From: an uncultured Fluviicola sp.
GTDB lineage: Bacteria > Bacteroidota > Bacteroidia > Flavobacteriales_D > Crocinitomicaceae
Assembly: GCF_902168135.1 (NCBI RefSeq)
Contig: NZ_CABHOL010000043.1
Span: 19,969-83,968, forward strand
Direction: 5' to 3'
DNA length: 64,000 nt
Position numbers and translations under genes: made by a program. Below the pieces are notes generated by a model. It saw only the letters and a list, made by a program, of their open reading frames with translations. It was not told the origin of the DNA and did not search any database. Of this stretch, positions 44,193-55,308 are shown one piece after another. Positions within the stretch are counted from its first letter, which is position 1. Each line of letters starts with the position of its first letter.

Positions 44193-47042
44193 ATGAAGAT
44201 AATTTCTACCTGTCTCGTGCTATTAATCGGAGGAACTGCTTTTTCTCAATTTAATAGGACCTACTTACATGCAACACCATCCAGGACTACCTTTTCAGGT
44301 TACACCTATTTTGATGATCAAAATCAGCAGCACCTGGTAAGTTTGGGCGCTGGTTCCGCCAGCCAGATCGAATTAACAACCCAGAAATTAGATGACCTGG
44401 GAGAAGTACTGGATGTAGTTCGTCAAAACTACACACTTACGCTTCCTTCCGGAATTCAAAATGAATACCTGCTGGGAGTGTTTGAAAACCAAACGGAGCG
44501 GTTTTATGTACTGGAAGCCGGAAGCAATTCGGCTTTGAATATTGTTTGGCTGAAAGTCAATAAAAGTACGGGAGCATTGATCAGTTCCCAGGTAACATCC
44601 AGTACATACAGGATTGGTTACTTTGAAGCAAAACTGATCGGAGACGAATTGGTTTCCTATCAGGTGAAAAGTACGGGCGGCTTGGTTCGTCTGGCTGTCA
44701 ATACAACTTCTTTTGGAGCTCCTTCTGAAGAAATGGTCGATGCTTCAATTACCATGTCAGTTACCTATAGCAATACAATCAACGGTTGGAAAAACGGGAA
44801 CTTATTGCTAATGAATGGAGTGGAAAAAGTGATTTGCTACGGAGGCTTAACGAATGCGAAGATTTTCACAAGAAATGCCGCAAATAATTATACTGCCATA
44901 ACTACCGGTGTAGCTGCGAACAGATCCGTAAGTTCGTTTTTAGTTAATCCAACAACCATTGGAATAACAAATGGAATGACTGTGGAGCATTACAACGCTG
45001 CCGGCGTACTGGGAACTTCGGGAACTTTTTCCGTAAATTCTATCAAGCCGATTAACCAGGTTGCTTTTTTCAATAACAGTTATCATATTTTTAGTAAGGC
45101 CATGGGAACAAATGCTCCTTCCACTTTCTACAAGGCAGATGCATCCTTTATGGTAACAGATTCATTAACGGGTATTGTACCGGCAGTTTACCAGTTCTTT
45201 TCTGCTAACGGGATGAACTATATTTTAGGAAACGGACTTGTAAAAGGAATTTCGGAAGATCTGTCGGGAACGGCAAGTGCCGGAACAAGCATTTTTTGTG
45301 AGAAATATACGCAAAAACCAATCCTGGACTTTTCGGAATACAACGTGAAAATGAAATCCGGGTCGAAAACAATGGCCAATATCGGATTGGGAACAAAAGT
45401 GATCGCAACAACACTTGATAATCTTGCTGGATTAACTTATGATAAACGCTCGGCGGTGTATAACCTATCCGAAAGATTTGTAGGATTTGTAAATTCGGAG
45501 GTTCTTGCGAATGATCGTTCTACTTATTTGGATCAGTTTGACGAACTTCCCGGTCCATATACTACAAATGCCTCTTACAATGAAGTACAGGAAGCAAAAT
45601 ACAATCGTCCGTACCATGTAAGTCTTCAAATGATTGAAGACCACATTGATTCCGTTCAGATGGGGTCGTCGGCATACATTCCTGTTTTCGGGATCAGAAA
45701 TTGGCCCGCTCACGGAAACACAGCTGTCGGTCAGGCTGCAGATCTTGCTGAATTTGTAGACGTTAATTCCAACGGTATTTATGAACCTTTACAGGGGGAT
45801 TATCCGAAGATTTATGGGAATGATTGTGTATTCAGCATTACACACTACAGGGATAACGGAGATGCCGGAAAAGCATTTGAAATTCACAGCTACGTTTATA
45901 CACAGTTATGCGATACCAGTGAAACTTTTGATAATGTATTGATGCGTAAGGTTAAATTGATTTCGCGCGGAGTTGAAATGGATTCGCTTTACTTCGGAGG
46001 AAATTTCGATGGAGACATGGGGAATTACAACGATGATTACATAGGTACGAATGTCGGGTTGGGAATGATTTACAATTACAATGCAGATTTAAATGACGAA
46101 GCAAATTCCGGCAGACTTGGTTTCAACGATACACTTCCTGCGCAGGGGGTTATGGTGTTGAAAGGATTCAAACAGGAAAATGATGGTCTGGACAATGAAA
46201 TTGGTATCATGCCCGGAGAATCTGTAAATGGTTACGGTTTTAACGATGGAGTGATTGATAACGAATACTCCGGTTTATTTGCTTCGACAATATTTACCGG
46301 AACAAACTCTGCTGCCGGACAATCAGATCCTACGAATTCGACTCAATTGGTTAATTACTTAAACGGGCTTTGGCAGTTTGGTGATCAGATTTACTATGGA
46401 GGAACTGGATTTCCGGGTGCACCTTGTGTAGGAACAATCGAATCCAATTTCATGTATACCGGAGATTCGGATCCGCTGCATTTCGGAACAGGAGGTGTTG
46501 ATCCCGGGTTTGTGTGGTCAGAATATGAACCATGCGGAAGCGGATCAACTTCAAATCCGGCAGGCGACCGCCGTGGGATCTACTCTTTTGGAAAAACTGC
46601 TTTGAGTAATGGTGACATGGTCGAATTGGATTATGCATACCTGGTTAAACGTTTGGATGCACCGGGGACAACCATTTTTGAACCGGTAACAGATCTGTTT
46701 GTGAAAGCAGAAGCGGTTAGAAATGCATTCCTGAGTAATGATGGACCTTGTGGAATTAATTTTGATCCGATCCCGGAAGATTTAGGTGTAGGGGAAAATA
46801 TGATTGATGGTGATTTGTACACACTTTATCCGAATCCTACGACAGGATCTATCCGAATCAACGGAATTTCCGGGGCGGGAGCAACGGTTCAGGTTTTCGA
46901 CCTGAACGGGAAAATCCTTCAAACAATTCCGGATTACAAAAATATGGAAGTCCTTGATCTTAGCGGATTGGATGGAAATATGTTTGTGGTTCGCATTATA
47001 GACGGATCCAAGTATTCGCAGAAAAGGGTCGTGAAGTATTAA
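44193..47042 (+). CDS. T9SS type A sorting domain protein, 949 aa
   Basis: Signal peptide; NWPAHG...LAEFVDVNSNGIYEPLQGDYP module; CTD LYPNPTTG.I.ING...VFDLNGK...RVVKY. Confidence 0.88.
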   Translation: MKIISTCLVLLIGGTAFSQFNRTYLHATPSRTTFSGYTYFDDQNQQHLVSLGAGSASQIELTTQKLDDLGEVLDVVRQNYTLTLPSGIQNEYLLGVFENQTERFYVLEAGSNSALNIVWLKVNKSTGALISSQVTSSTYRIGYFEAKLIGDELVSYQVKSTGGLVRLAVNTTSFGAPSEEMVDASITMSVTYSNTINGWKNGNLLLMNGVEKVICYGGLTNAKIFTRNAANNYTAITTGVAANRSVSSFLVNPTTIGITNGMTVEHYNAAGVLGTSGTFSVNSIKPINQVAFFNNSYHIFSKAMGTNAPSTFYKADASFMVTDSLTGIVPAVYQFFSANGMNYILGNGLVKGISEDLSGTASAGTSIFCEKYTQKPILDFSEYNVKMKSGSKTMANIGLGTKVIATTLDNLAGLTYDKRSAVYNLSERFVGFVNSEVLANDRSTYLDQFDELPGPYTTNASYNEVQEAKYNRPYHVSLQMIEDHIDSVQMGSSAYIPVFGIRNWPAHGNTAVGQAADLAEFVDVNSNGIYEPLQGDYPKIYGNDCVFSITHYRDNGDAGKAFEIHSYVYTQLCDTSETFDNVLMRKVKLISRGVEMDSLYFGGNFDGDMGNYNDDYIGTNVGLGMIYNYNADLNDEANSGRLGFNDTLPAQGVMVLKGFKQENDGLDNEIGIMPGESVNGYGFNDGVIDNEYSGLFASTIFTGTNSAAGQSDPTNSTQLVNYLNGLWQFGDQIYYGGTGFPGAPCVGTIESNFMYTGDSDPLHFGTGGVDPGFVWSEYEPCGSGSTSNPAGDRRGIYSFGKTALSNGDMVELDYAYLVKRLDAPGTTIFEPVTDLFVKAEAVRNAFLSNDGPCGINFDPIPEDLGVGENMIDGDLYTLYPNPTTGSIRINGISGAGATVQVFDLNGKILQTIPDYKNMEVLDLSGLDGNMFVVRIIDGSKYSQKRVVKY

Positions 47043-47063
47043 GTAAAAGATTCTTGATCAATG

Positions 47064-47096
47064 AAACCCATTCGCCAAAAGGTGGATGGGTTTTTT
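47064..47096 (+). terminator. Rho-independent terminator
   Basis: Stem AAACCCATTCGCC / GGTGGATGGGTTT followed by a T run. Confidence 0.8.
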
Positions 47097-47227
47097 AGTT
47101 TTTGGGTCCACATATTAAGATCAAATGGAACTTGAGTTTCTGGATAAGTTAAGCCGTTACATTTCTGCAGGAAATACATACTGTTCCGGGCTGTTGACCA
47201 CAGAGATTCGCCCCTTATTCTAAGAAT

Positions 47228-47260
47228 AATTCGTAACTCGTAATTAGGAATTGGGAATTA
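47228..47260. repeat. Degenerate heptamer array overlapping the desaturase stop
   Basis: Minus strand reads AATTCCC AATTCCT AATTACG AGTTACG AATT; same unit as 8146-8225. Confidence 0.65.
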
Positions 47261-48353
47261 ACAGATCCGGTTTTCCCAGCTGATACAAAAAGGAAAAGTG
47301 TGAGTTGACCGCGCCTGCCAAAGTACGGTTTTCCAAATAAGGAACCCCAAATTCGGTAGCGGTTTGTTTCACGATCTCAGCGATTTGAGGATAATGGATG
47401 TGAGAAATATAGGGGAATAAATGATGTTCCACCTGGAAATTTAATCCGCCGACATACCAGGAAACAAGTTTGCTTTTTCGTGAAAAATTGGAAGTTGTCT
47501 GCAATTGATGGATTGCCCAGTCGTTCTCAATGATTCCCTGTTCGTTCGGCAGAGGATGACTCGTTCCCTCAACGGTATGGGCTAGTTGAAAGATCAATGC
47601 AAGAATAAAACCTGCAATGGCATGCATCACCAAAAAACCAAGGATCGTGGTACCGGTGGGTAATCCGACAATAGCGATCGGAAGGTACAAGGCCGTGAAA
47701 AAATAAATTCCCTTCATGGAAACGATTTGTAAGATCTTTCGCCAGTTGCTTTTCTTCTCCTCACAAAAAGTTTTGTGCTTACGGTATTGAAAAAATTGAA
47801 CAAAATCTTTCAATGTTACCCAGTACAAAGTCAATATCGAATAAAAGAAAACGACATAAATGAACTGGAAGCGATGGTATGCTTTACGCTCGGAATGGGG
47901 GCAGAACCGCATCAGTAATTTGTCATCAATATCTTCGTCCATATTTACAACATTGGTATAGGTATGGTGCAGGACGTTGTGCTGCATTTTCCAATTGCAT
48001 ACCGATCCACCCAGCAAATTGAGGGTATGTCCCATGAAATAGTTCAAAGTCTTGTTTTTGGAGAAAGCTCCGTGATTGGCATCGTGCATCACACTCATTC
48101 CAATTCCCGCCAGGGCAAATCCCATGAGGCTCCAAAGCAGTAATTGTGCATAAACAGGTAGTGTAACCGTCAGAAGAATACAAAAAGGAGCTGTATACAT
48201 TGCTAAGAGAATGAACGCCTTGATGTATAACTTCGAGTTTCCTTGTTTTTTGATCTTGTTTCCGCTAAAGTATCCGTCTATGCGTTTTTTGAGTGTTGGA
48301 AAGAAGTGTTCAAGGTCTTTCTTCTTCCATTTCACTGAACCGATTTCGCTCAT
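47244..48353 (-). CDS. Membrane fatty acid (acyl-CoA/acyl-lipid) desaturase
   Basis: His boxes HDANH, HNVLHH, QVEHH; TM helices. Confidence 0.92.
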   Translation of the reverse strand: MSEIGSVKWKKKDLEHFFPTLKKRIDGYFSGNKIKKQGNSKLYIKAFILLAMYTAPFCILLTVTLPVYAQLLLWSLMGFALAGIGMSVMHDANHGAFSKNKTLNYFMGHTLNLLGGSVCNWKMQHNVLHHTYTNVVNMDEDIDDKLLMRFCPHSERKAYHRFQFIYVVFFYSILTLYWVTLKDFVQFFQYRKHKTFCEEKKSNWRKILQIVSMKGIYFFTALYLPIAIVGLPTGTTILGFLVMHAIAGFILALIFQLAHTVEGTSHPLPNEQGIIENDWAIHQLQTTSNFSRKSKLVSWYVGGLNFQVEHHLFPYISHIHYPQIAEIVKQTATEFGVPYLENRTLAGAVNSHFSFLYQLGKPDLLIPNS

Positions 48354-48500
48354 TCAATTATGTTAGTCGGGCAAGATAGACATAAAAAACCGTCTTGCTT
48401 CCATTATTGGAAATCTTTAGACTAACTGTTTGTTTTTCACGATTGAAATGGAATGGTGAAAACATTTCGATGTACCGAAAAATTGGAATTCCCCAAAAAC

Positions 48501-49904
48501 TTAAAAATTAAAATAAATGAACGGGTTGTACGAACTGCTTGTTAATTCCATGACACAATACAGAAGAGCAGCTAATAAAAGCAGATTTCTTCCGGTTTCT
48601 AGTAAAATTGTTGGTATACCGGATACAGGCCTGATTTCTTTGAGCCAGGAATTGAAGGGGAGAAGGCTTAGCAAAATTCCCAGTAAAAGAACGGTTATAC
48701 GTTCGTAATCCAGGAAATAATAAAAGACACGTGTAGCCTCATGATTGGTAGTAAATAGTCGACCGACAAACTTGAAAGCTTCATCAAAATCTTCTATTCG
48801 AAAGAAAACCCACCCGATCATTACAATAAGCATGGTGTATGACCAGCGAATAATGATTGGCGTTTTCGAAAGGATTTTATCAAATCCCAATCGCTCAATG
48901 ATTAGGAAAACACCATGAAAGATCCCCCAGAAAAGAAAGCTCCAGGAGGCTCCGTGCCAAAATCCGGTTAGTGCAAAGACCAGGAATAGATTGATATAGT
49001 TCCTCACAGGAGAAACACGGTTTCCACCTAATGGGATATAGACATAATCCCGGAACCAGGTAGAAAGCGAAATATGCCACCTGCGCCAAAATTCTTTGAT
49101 AGAGGTCGAGATATAAGGGAATTCGAAGTTTTCCAAAAGGGATATCCCGAACATACGCGCTAAACCGATTGCCATATCGGAATAACCGGAGAAATCGAAA
49201 TAAATTTGAAGCGTATAGGCTAAAATTCCCAGCCATACTGCTCCGGTACTCAATGTTGAATGATCGGCATCAATGATCGCATCTGCGATACCGGCCAAAG
49301 TGTTGGCTATAATCACTTTTTTAAATAATCCAACGATGAAACGTTTGATTCCCAGGGCTAATTGATCAAGACTTTCGGAACGTGCTTTAAGCTGATAAAT
49401 GATGTCTTTATATCTTACAATTGGCCCTGCGACCAGCTGCGGAAAGAAAACGACATATAACATGGTCCGGGAATAGTGAACTTTAGGAAGGTCCGGATTT
49501 TGGTAAATGTCGCGCAGCATGGAGATCTGGTGGAAAGTATAAAAGGAAATACCTATCGGAAGGGCGATATGAACCCAGTCGTGTGTGTCTTTGTGAAAAA
49601 GTGACCCGATGTTGTCAACGAAAAAACCGGTGTATTTAAAAATCACCAAAAGCAATACATTTCCGATGACGCCGGTGATCAGCCATTTTTTTGCGTAAAT
49701 CCTCCGGTTAATTTGTTTTGCAATGAAAAAATTGATGGTAACGGATGCTATCAGCAATCCTGTTAAATTTATTCCGCCCCATGCATAGAATAACAAGCTG
49801 AAAAACAGCAGTACAGCATTTTTTCCATAACGGGGCGAAAGGTAATATACAAGCAGTACCAGTGGCAAAAAGTAAAAAAGAAAAACAAGACTGCTGAATA
49901 ACAT
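48501..49904 (-). CDS. MBOAT family O-acyltransferase (AlgI/DltB/PatA-like)
   Basis: MLFSSLVFLF, LPIGISFYTF, FFPQLVAGPIVR, DFSGYSDMAIG, FWRRWHISLS, GFWHGA, FIYFNF end. Confidence 0.93.
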   Translation of the reverse strand: MLFSSLVFLFYFLPLVLLVYYLSPRYGKNAVLLFFSLLFYAWGGINLTGLLIASVTINFFIAKQINRRIYAKKWLITGVIGNVLLLVIFKYTGFFVDNIGSLFHKDTHDWVHIALPIGISFYTFHQISMLRDIYQNPDLPKVHYSRTMLYVVFFPQLVAGPIVRYKDIIYQLKARSESLDQLALGIKRFIVGLFKKVIIANTLAGIADAIIDADHSTLSTGAVWLGILAYTLQIYFDFSGYSDMAIGLARMFGISLLENFEFPYISTSIKEFWRRWHISLSTWFRDYVYIPLGGNRVSPVRNYINLFLVFALTGFWHGASWSFLFWGIFHGVFLIIERLGFDKILSKTPIIIRWSYTMLIVMIGWVFFRIEDFDEAFKFVGRLFTTNHEATRVFYYFLDYERITVLLLGILLSLLPFNSWLKEIRPVSGIPTILLETGRNLLLLAALLYCVMELTSSSYNPFIYFNF

Positions 49905-49917
49905 GTTGGTGGTGGAT

Positions 49918-51057
49918 TTAGTTGTTCCAATTTACCGGATCGGTATAAGCTTTTAATTTCTCTTCGTAGGTAATATAGATTACCAGATCCGGTTTATAGC
50001 TTTCAATAACGGATTTGTTTAAACGATACTTCCAGGAATCGAAAATAAAGACGGTTTCACTGAAGCAAGCAGCAATCGGGAGTATAAGTGCACCTCCAAA
50101 AGAATCCCGGATAACCAGTACACGCAACTTGTTTTTACCGCCTTTGACTCTGTAATGGGCCTGCTGGTCTTGTTCCCCGACTCCATATTTTTCAAATTCC
50201 AGGGGTAAATTCTCAAGAACTTCCATATTCGGGGGACTTTTGTCAATCAACAGGATGTTTTCAGAGAGTTTATCCGTAGCTAAAACATTGGTAAAGTGCC
50301 CGAAATCGCGTTCTACTTTTTTCCAGGTGAATTGACCCAAAGGACTCAGGTCTAAATTCGGATATAGATCGCGTTTGATTTCTTCTAATAGTGATTTCGC
50401 AACTAAAAAGCCGCAGTTTTCCGTCCAGTGATTATCCAGTTCATAGTACATTTTTTGCCTGGATTTATTAGCGGTTATCAAGGGTATGGGATTGAATACC
50501 AGGTTTGGGAAACGCTTGTTCAAACGATCTGCTGAGAGGGTGATCGGATCTTTTCCTTTTCTTTTGATAACGTTGAATGGCAATTCTTCCGGGTAAATTT
50601 CATGTGCGATAGGTGCCAGTACAACCCTTGCGGAGATTCCTAAACTGTCAAAGTATTTTTTTCTCCGTATCCATTCGCCCTCTAAAGTATCAAGCCAGCT
50701 TTGGCTGAACGGAATGTCTCCTTCATAGATCTTTTGATGGTAATTAGCTATGAAGAACCTGTTCTTATTTCCAATTAGGATTTCATGTTTGTCCGGTGAT
50801 ATATGAAAAGTGTTCAGTTTTAAATCTTTGGAAAAAGTAATGAGGGGTGACCGGAATGAAAAATTGTCACTGATATAATTTTCAAAATCTTTAGGGAAAC
50901 TATCCGGATAATTCCATGAAATAGCTAACGAATCATGAAATTTTCGGTTCTCATCCTTCCGTTCAAACTGGAAAAAATGAAAGCTGTCGTTGAGTAAAGG
51001 TGCGCATAATATGAACCCGAAAAGTATGATTAGCAGAATATTGGGCAGCTTGTTCAT
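49918..51057 (-). CDS. AlgJ/AlgX-like SGNH O-acetyltransferase partner
   Basis: N-terminal anchor, ENRK, DNFSFR, LDNHWT, IRDSFG, KPDLVI; directly upstream of the MBOAT gene. Confidence 0.8.
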   Translation of the reverse strand: MNKLPNILLIILFGFILCAPLLNDSFHFFQFERKDENRKFHDSLAISWNYPDSFPKDFENYISDNFSFRSPLITFSKDLKLNTFHISPDKHEILIGNKNRFFIANYHQKIYEGDIPFSQSWLDTLEGEWIRRKKYFDSLGISARVVLAPIAHEIYPEELPFNVIKRKGKDPITLSADRLNKRFPNLVFNPIPLITANKSRQKMYYELDNHWTENCGFLVAKSLLEEIKRDLYPNLDLSPLGQFTWKKVERDFGHFTNVLATDKLSENILLIDKSPPNMEVLENLPLEFEKYGVGEQDQQAHYRVKGGKNKLRVLVIRDSFGGALILPIAACFSETVFIFDSWKYRLNKSVIESYKPDLVIYITYEEKLKAYTDPVNWNN

Positions 51058-51389
51058 AATGGGCGATTACTGATTGATATATTACTTATGGTTCAAAATT
51101 AGAATGTAAATAAAAGAAGAAAGTTGGAATAAAAGACGAGATAAATGGAAGAAGGAACCAAATTGTCCAGAGAGCTTTTACAAAACATCGAAAATAGTTA
51201 CAAGTTTTTGACCTGTTTCATTTTTTCTATTTAAATGTCGTACCTTAATCTAACAATTGATAATATGTCAATTCGTCAGGGAATTTGGATTGGCACAGCG
51301 CTTGACAATCCCTAACGTCAACTGTTTTTAATGAATTGAACTTAATCATTCATAAGAATAATGACATTTTGACGTTAATATACACATAC

Positions 51390-53807
51390 ATGAAAGATAC
51401 ATTCGACCATACAATTATAGTTTCATCGGAAGAAGATGCAGAATTTTTGCCTTTGATGTCGCAGGACGACGAAGACAATATGAATAAAGAAGTTTTCCCG
51501 GAAGATCTGCCTATTTTGCCTTTACGCAACAATGTACTTTTTCCGGGAGTTATGATCCCAATTACAATCGGTCGCGATAAATCCCTGAAATTGCTTCAGG
51601 ATGCCAATAACGGAAAGCGCATTATCGGTGTCGTTGCCCAAATTGACCAGGAGGAAGAAAGTCCTGAATTCAATGATCTTCACCGCATAGGAACAGTTGC
51701 ACAGATTGTTCGCCTGCTGAAAATGCCTGATGGATCATCGACAGTTATTATTCAAGGGAAAAGACGCTTCGAAATCACAGAACCTTACCAAACAGAACCG
51801 TATATGCGTGCGAAGGTGAGTTTCCTGAAAGAGATCCTTCCCGAAAAAGACGACCAGGAGATGGAACTGTTGTTCCGGAACGTCAAAGAACTGGCCCTTC
51901 AAATTATTAAAGACAGTCCCAACATTCCTTCCGAAGCAGCATTTGCAATCGGAAATATAGAATCGCCGACCTTCATGGTGAATTTCATTTCATCGAATAT
52001 GAATGCCGATGTGAAGAAAAAGCAGGAATTACTGGAAGAATTGGATTTCCGCAAACGAGCACGCATGGTAGTGGAACATCTGACACTGGAATCACAGTTG
52101 TTGGAAATGCGTAACGAAATCCAGTCCAAAGTGCGTTTGGATATGGACCGCCAGCAGCGTGAATATTTCCTGCACCAGCAAATTCGTACTATCCAGGATG
52201 AATTGGGGGACAATCCGCAGGAACAGGATGTGAAAGACCTGGAAGAAAGGGCATCCAAAAAACTGTGGTCGAAAGAAGTTTCGAAATTGTTTTACAAAGA
52301 ACTGGCGAAATTGCAGCGCATGAACCCGCAGGGAGCTGAATATACTGTTCAGTTGAATTACCTGGATACTTTATTGGATCTGCCATGGAACGAATATTCT
52401 ACGGATAACCTGGATTTGAAGCATGCAGCAAAAATCCTGGAGCGTGATCATTTCGGGCTGGAAAAGGTGAAAGAGCGTATACTGGAATACTTAGCTGTTT
52501 TAAAACTGAAAGGCGACATGAAATCTCCGATCTTATGTTTCTACGGCCCTCCGGGAGTTGGAAAAACATCTTTGGGGAAATCCGTTGCAGAAGCATTGGG
52601 GCGTAAATACGTGCGCATGTCGCTGGGTGGTGTGCATGACGAAGCTGAAATCCGTGGTCACCGCAAAACCTATATCGGGGCGATGCCTGGCAGGGTGATG
52701 CAGCACTTAAAAAAAGCAGCTTCTGCCAATCCGGTATTTGTATTGGATGAGATCGATAAATTAGGAAGAGGCAACCATGGAGATCCGTCTTCTGCATTGC
52801 TGGAAGTATTGGACCCGGAGCAAAATGCAGCGTTTTACGACAATTATGTTGAAACAGAATTTGATCTTTCAAAAGTCATGTTCATTGCTACGGCAAATAG
52901 TTTGTCTACGATCCAGGGACCATTATTAGACAGAATGGAGATTATCGAAGTGAACGGCTATACGATTGAAGAAAAAATTGAGATCGCTAAAAAACACTTA
53001 CTCCCGAAGCAACTGGAAGCCCATGGAATTTCGAAGAAAGATCTGACAGTTGACCGCAAAACCCTCGAACGTATCATTGAAAACTACACCAATGAATCGG
53101 GGGTGCGAGGTTTGGATAAAAAACTGGCAAAATTGGCGCGTCACAGAGCTAAACAGGTAGCACTGGAAGAAGTATTTAAAGAAAAGATCGATCTTGATGA
53201 ACTGCCTGATATTCTTGGAGCTGGCCGCGAAAGAACAAAATACGATAACAACGATGTGCCGGGAGTTGTAACTGGTCTGGCCTGGACAAGTGTCGGTGGC
53301 GATATCCTGTTCATAGAATCTTCATTAACGAAAGGAAAGGGGAAATTGACCCTGACAGGTAACCTGGGCGATGTCATGAAAGAATCCGCAGTTATTGCTT
53401 TGGAATTCTTAAAAGCTCATAGTGATTGGTTAGACCTGGAGCAGGAATTGTTCGACGAGAAAAACGTTCATATCCACGTTCCGGAAGGAGCTACTCCAAA
53501 AGACGGTCCGAGTGCCGGTATCACCATGCTGACATCTCTGGCTAGTTCTTTCTCCGGTAGAAAAGTGAAGAAAAACCTGGCAATGACCGGGGAGATTACT
53601 CTTCGCGGAGAAGTGCTTCCGGTTGGCGGGATCAAGGAAAAGATCCTGGCTGCCAAACGCGCAAATATCAAAGAGATTATTTTATCCGAACGCAACCGCA
53701 AAGACGTGGAAGAAATCACCGCGGATTATGTGAAAGGATTGAAATTCCATTATGTCAAAAAGATGAAAGAAGTCATCGATCTGGCACTGGAGAAAAAGAA
53801 TAAATAA
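51390..53807 (+). CDS. lon: ATP-dependent Lon protease (start refined to ATG at 51390)
   Basis: [36 protein letters not shown] (catalytic Ser), PVGGIKEK. Confidence 0.97.
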   Translation: MKDTFDHTIIVSSEEDAEFLPLMSQDDEDNMNKEVFPEDLPILPLRNNVLFPGVMIPITIGRDKSLKLLQDANNGKRIIGVVAQIDQEEESPEFNDLHRIGTVAQIVRLLKMPDGSSTVIIQGKRRFEITEPYQTEPYMRAKVSFLKEILPEKDDQEMELLFRNVKELALQIIKDSPNIPSEAAFAIGNIESPTFMVNFISSNMNADVKKKQELLEELDFRKRARMVVEHLTLESQLLEMRNEIQSKVRLDMDRQQREYFLHQQIRTIQDELGDNPQEQDVKDLEERASKKLWSKEVSKLFYKELAKLQRMNPQGAEYTVQLNYLDTLLDLPWNEYSTDNLDLKHAAKILERDHFGLEKVKERILEYLAVLKLKGDMKSPILCFYGPPGVGKTSLGKSVAEALGRKYVRMSLGGVHDEAEIRGHRKTYIGAMPGRVMQHLKKAASANPVFVLDEIDKLGRGNHGDPSSALLEVLDPEQNAAFYDNYVETEFDLSKVMFIATANSLSTIQGPLLDRMEIIEVNGYTIEEKIEIAKKHLLPKQLEAHGISKKDLTVDRKTLERIIENYTNESGVRGLDKKLAKLARHRAKQVALEEVFKEKIDLDELPDILGAGRERTKYDNNDVPGVVTGLAWTSVGGDILFIESSLTKGKGKLTLTGNLGDVMKESAVIALEFLKAHSDWLDLEQELFDEKNVHIHVPEGATPKDGPSAGITMLTSLASSFSGRKVKKNLAMTGEITLRGEVLPVGGIKEKILAAKRANIKEIILSERNRKDVEEITADYVKGLKFHYVKKMKEVIDLALEKKNK

Positions 53808-53818
53808 TAAAAAATCTG

Positions 53819-53846
53819 GTAGGGACGTGTGGCATCGCGTCCCTAC
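53819..53846. repeat. GTAG-type REP-like palindrome (copy 2)
   Basis: GTAGGGACGTGTGGCATCGCGTCCCTAC, 11 bp after the lon stop. Confidence 0.8.
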
Positions 53847-53882
53847 TTTTTTTATTATCTTCGAAATCCGAAATTTAAACAA

Positions 53883-55307
53883 GTGGTTTTTAGCAGTACA
53901 CTCTTTCTTTTTTACTTCCTGCCTTTATTTCTGCTTGTTTATCATGTAGTTCCGAAATTGCTGAAAAACTGGGTCATTTTCTTTTTCAGCATCTTATTCT
54001 ACACCTGGGGAGCTCCCGTATTTGTTTTCATCCTGCTCGGAACTTCCTTTATGGATTTTTTGTTTGTTCGGGAAATTCATCGTTCAACGGAAGCCCGGAA
54101 GCGGAAAGTCCTGCTGATACTCTCGCTGACTGTGAATCTAGGTCTCCTGGCCTATTTTAAGTATTCCAATTTTTTTATCGGGAATGCGAATGCATTGCTG
54201 GAAAGTTTTGGACTGAGAGAAATTACCTGGACAAAAGTGATCATGCCTATCGGGATTTCGTTCTTCACTTTTGAATCGATTACTTACACCGTTGATGTTT
54301 ACCGTGGGAAACACGCTCCTTTGAGCAATATGAAGGATTACCTGCTGTACTTATTGGCTTTTCCCAAGCTGATTGCAGGACCCATTGTTCGCTTCCAGGA
54401 AATTGCCGATGAGGTGATTGAGCGGAAAGAGAATATTGATGAAAAACTGATCGGTTTCTATCGCTTTTCAATTGGTTTGGCCAAGAAAGTCCTGATCGCA
54501 AATGTAATGGCTGAACAGGCAAAGATCATTTTTGAAAGTGATTTCCACCAACTAAGTGCATCCACAGCATGGATCGGGATTCTGGCTTACACCATGCAGA
54601 TCTATTTCGACTTCTCCGGTTACTCCGATATGGCGATTGGTCTCGGAAAGATTATGGGGTTCCATTTTCCGGAAAACTTCAACAGTCCGTATAGCTCCAA
54701 AAGCATTACCGAATTTTGGCGCCGGTGGCACATGACTTTAGGAAATTTCATGCGCGATTACTTGTACATTCCGCTTGGAGGTAACCGGGTTTCATCCAAA
54801 TCACGCTTGTATTTTAACCTGGCTTTGGTTTTTATCCTTTCCGGTTTTTGGCATGGGGCATCCTGGAATTTTGTGGTTTGGGGAGCTTTTCACGGAACCT
54901 TCCTGATCCTGGACAGAATCTTCCTGGTGAAGTTATTAAACCGTTTGGGAAGCGTTATTTCCATCGCAATTACCTTCTTTATTGTGATGCTGGGATGGGT
55001 CATTTTCCATATCGAAGATGATATGGGACAGGTTTGGCTCTATTTTGACCGTTTGTTCGATTTTAGCTTTGATACTCATTTCAGGACTCTTCAGAACTTC
55101 TGGCCTCTTTTTGTGGTTGCTGCGTTCTTTTCGTTTCTTCCGGCTTTGTCCATTGGAAAAAAAATGCAGGATTTCGTTTACAACAGGAATTCTTATTCGT
55201 TGACAACCAATGGAATGTTCCTGTTGGTTACCGTTTCATTGTTTTTGTTAAGTGCAAGTGCAGTCACTTCATCCGGGTTCAATCCATTCATTTATTTCCG
55301 CTTTTAA
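53883..55307 (+). CDS. MBOAT family O-acyltransferase (AlgI-like), second copy (GTG start at 53883)
   Basis: VFSSTLFLF, MPIGISFFTF, FPKLIAGPIVR, DFSGYSDMAIG, FWRRWH, GFWHGA, NPFIYFRF. Confidence 0.93.
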   Translation: MVFSSTLFLFYFLPLFLLVYHVVPKLLKNWVIFFFSILFYTWGAPVFVFILLGTSFMDFLFVREIHRSTEARKRKVLLILSLTVNLGLLAYFKYSNFFIGNANALLESFGLREITWTKVIMPIGISFFTFESITYTVDVYRGKHAPLSNMKDYLLYLLAFPKLIAGPIVRFQEIADEVIERKENIDEKLIGFYRFSIGLAKKVLIANVMAEQAKIIFESDFHQLSASTAWIGILAYTMQIYFDFSGYSDMAIGLGKIMGFHFPENFNSPYSSKSITEFWRRWHMTLGNFMRDYLYIPLGGNRVSSKSRLYFNLALVFILSGFWHGASWNFVVWGAFHGTFLILDRIFLVKLLNRLGSVISIAITFFIVMLGWVIFHIEDDMGQVWLYFDRLFDFSFDTHFRTLQNFWPLFVVAAFFSFLPALSIGKKMQDFVYNRNSYSLTTNGMFLLVTVSLFLLSASAVTSSGFNPFIYFRF

Positions 55308-55308
55308 G

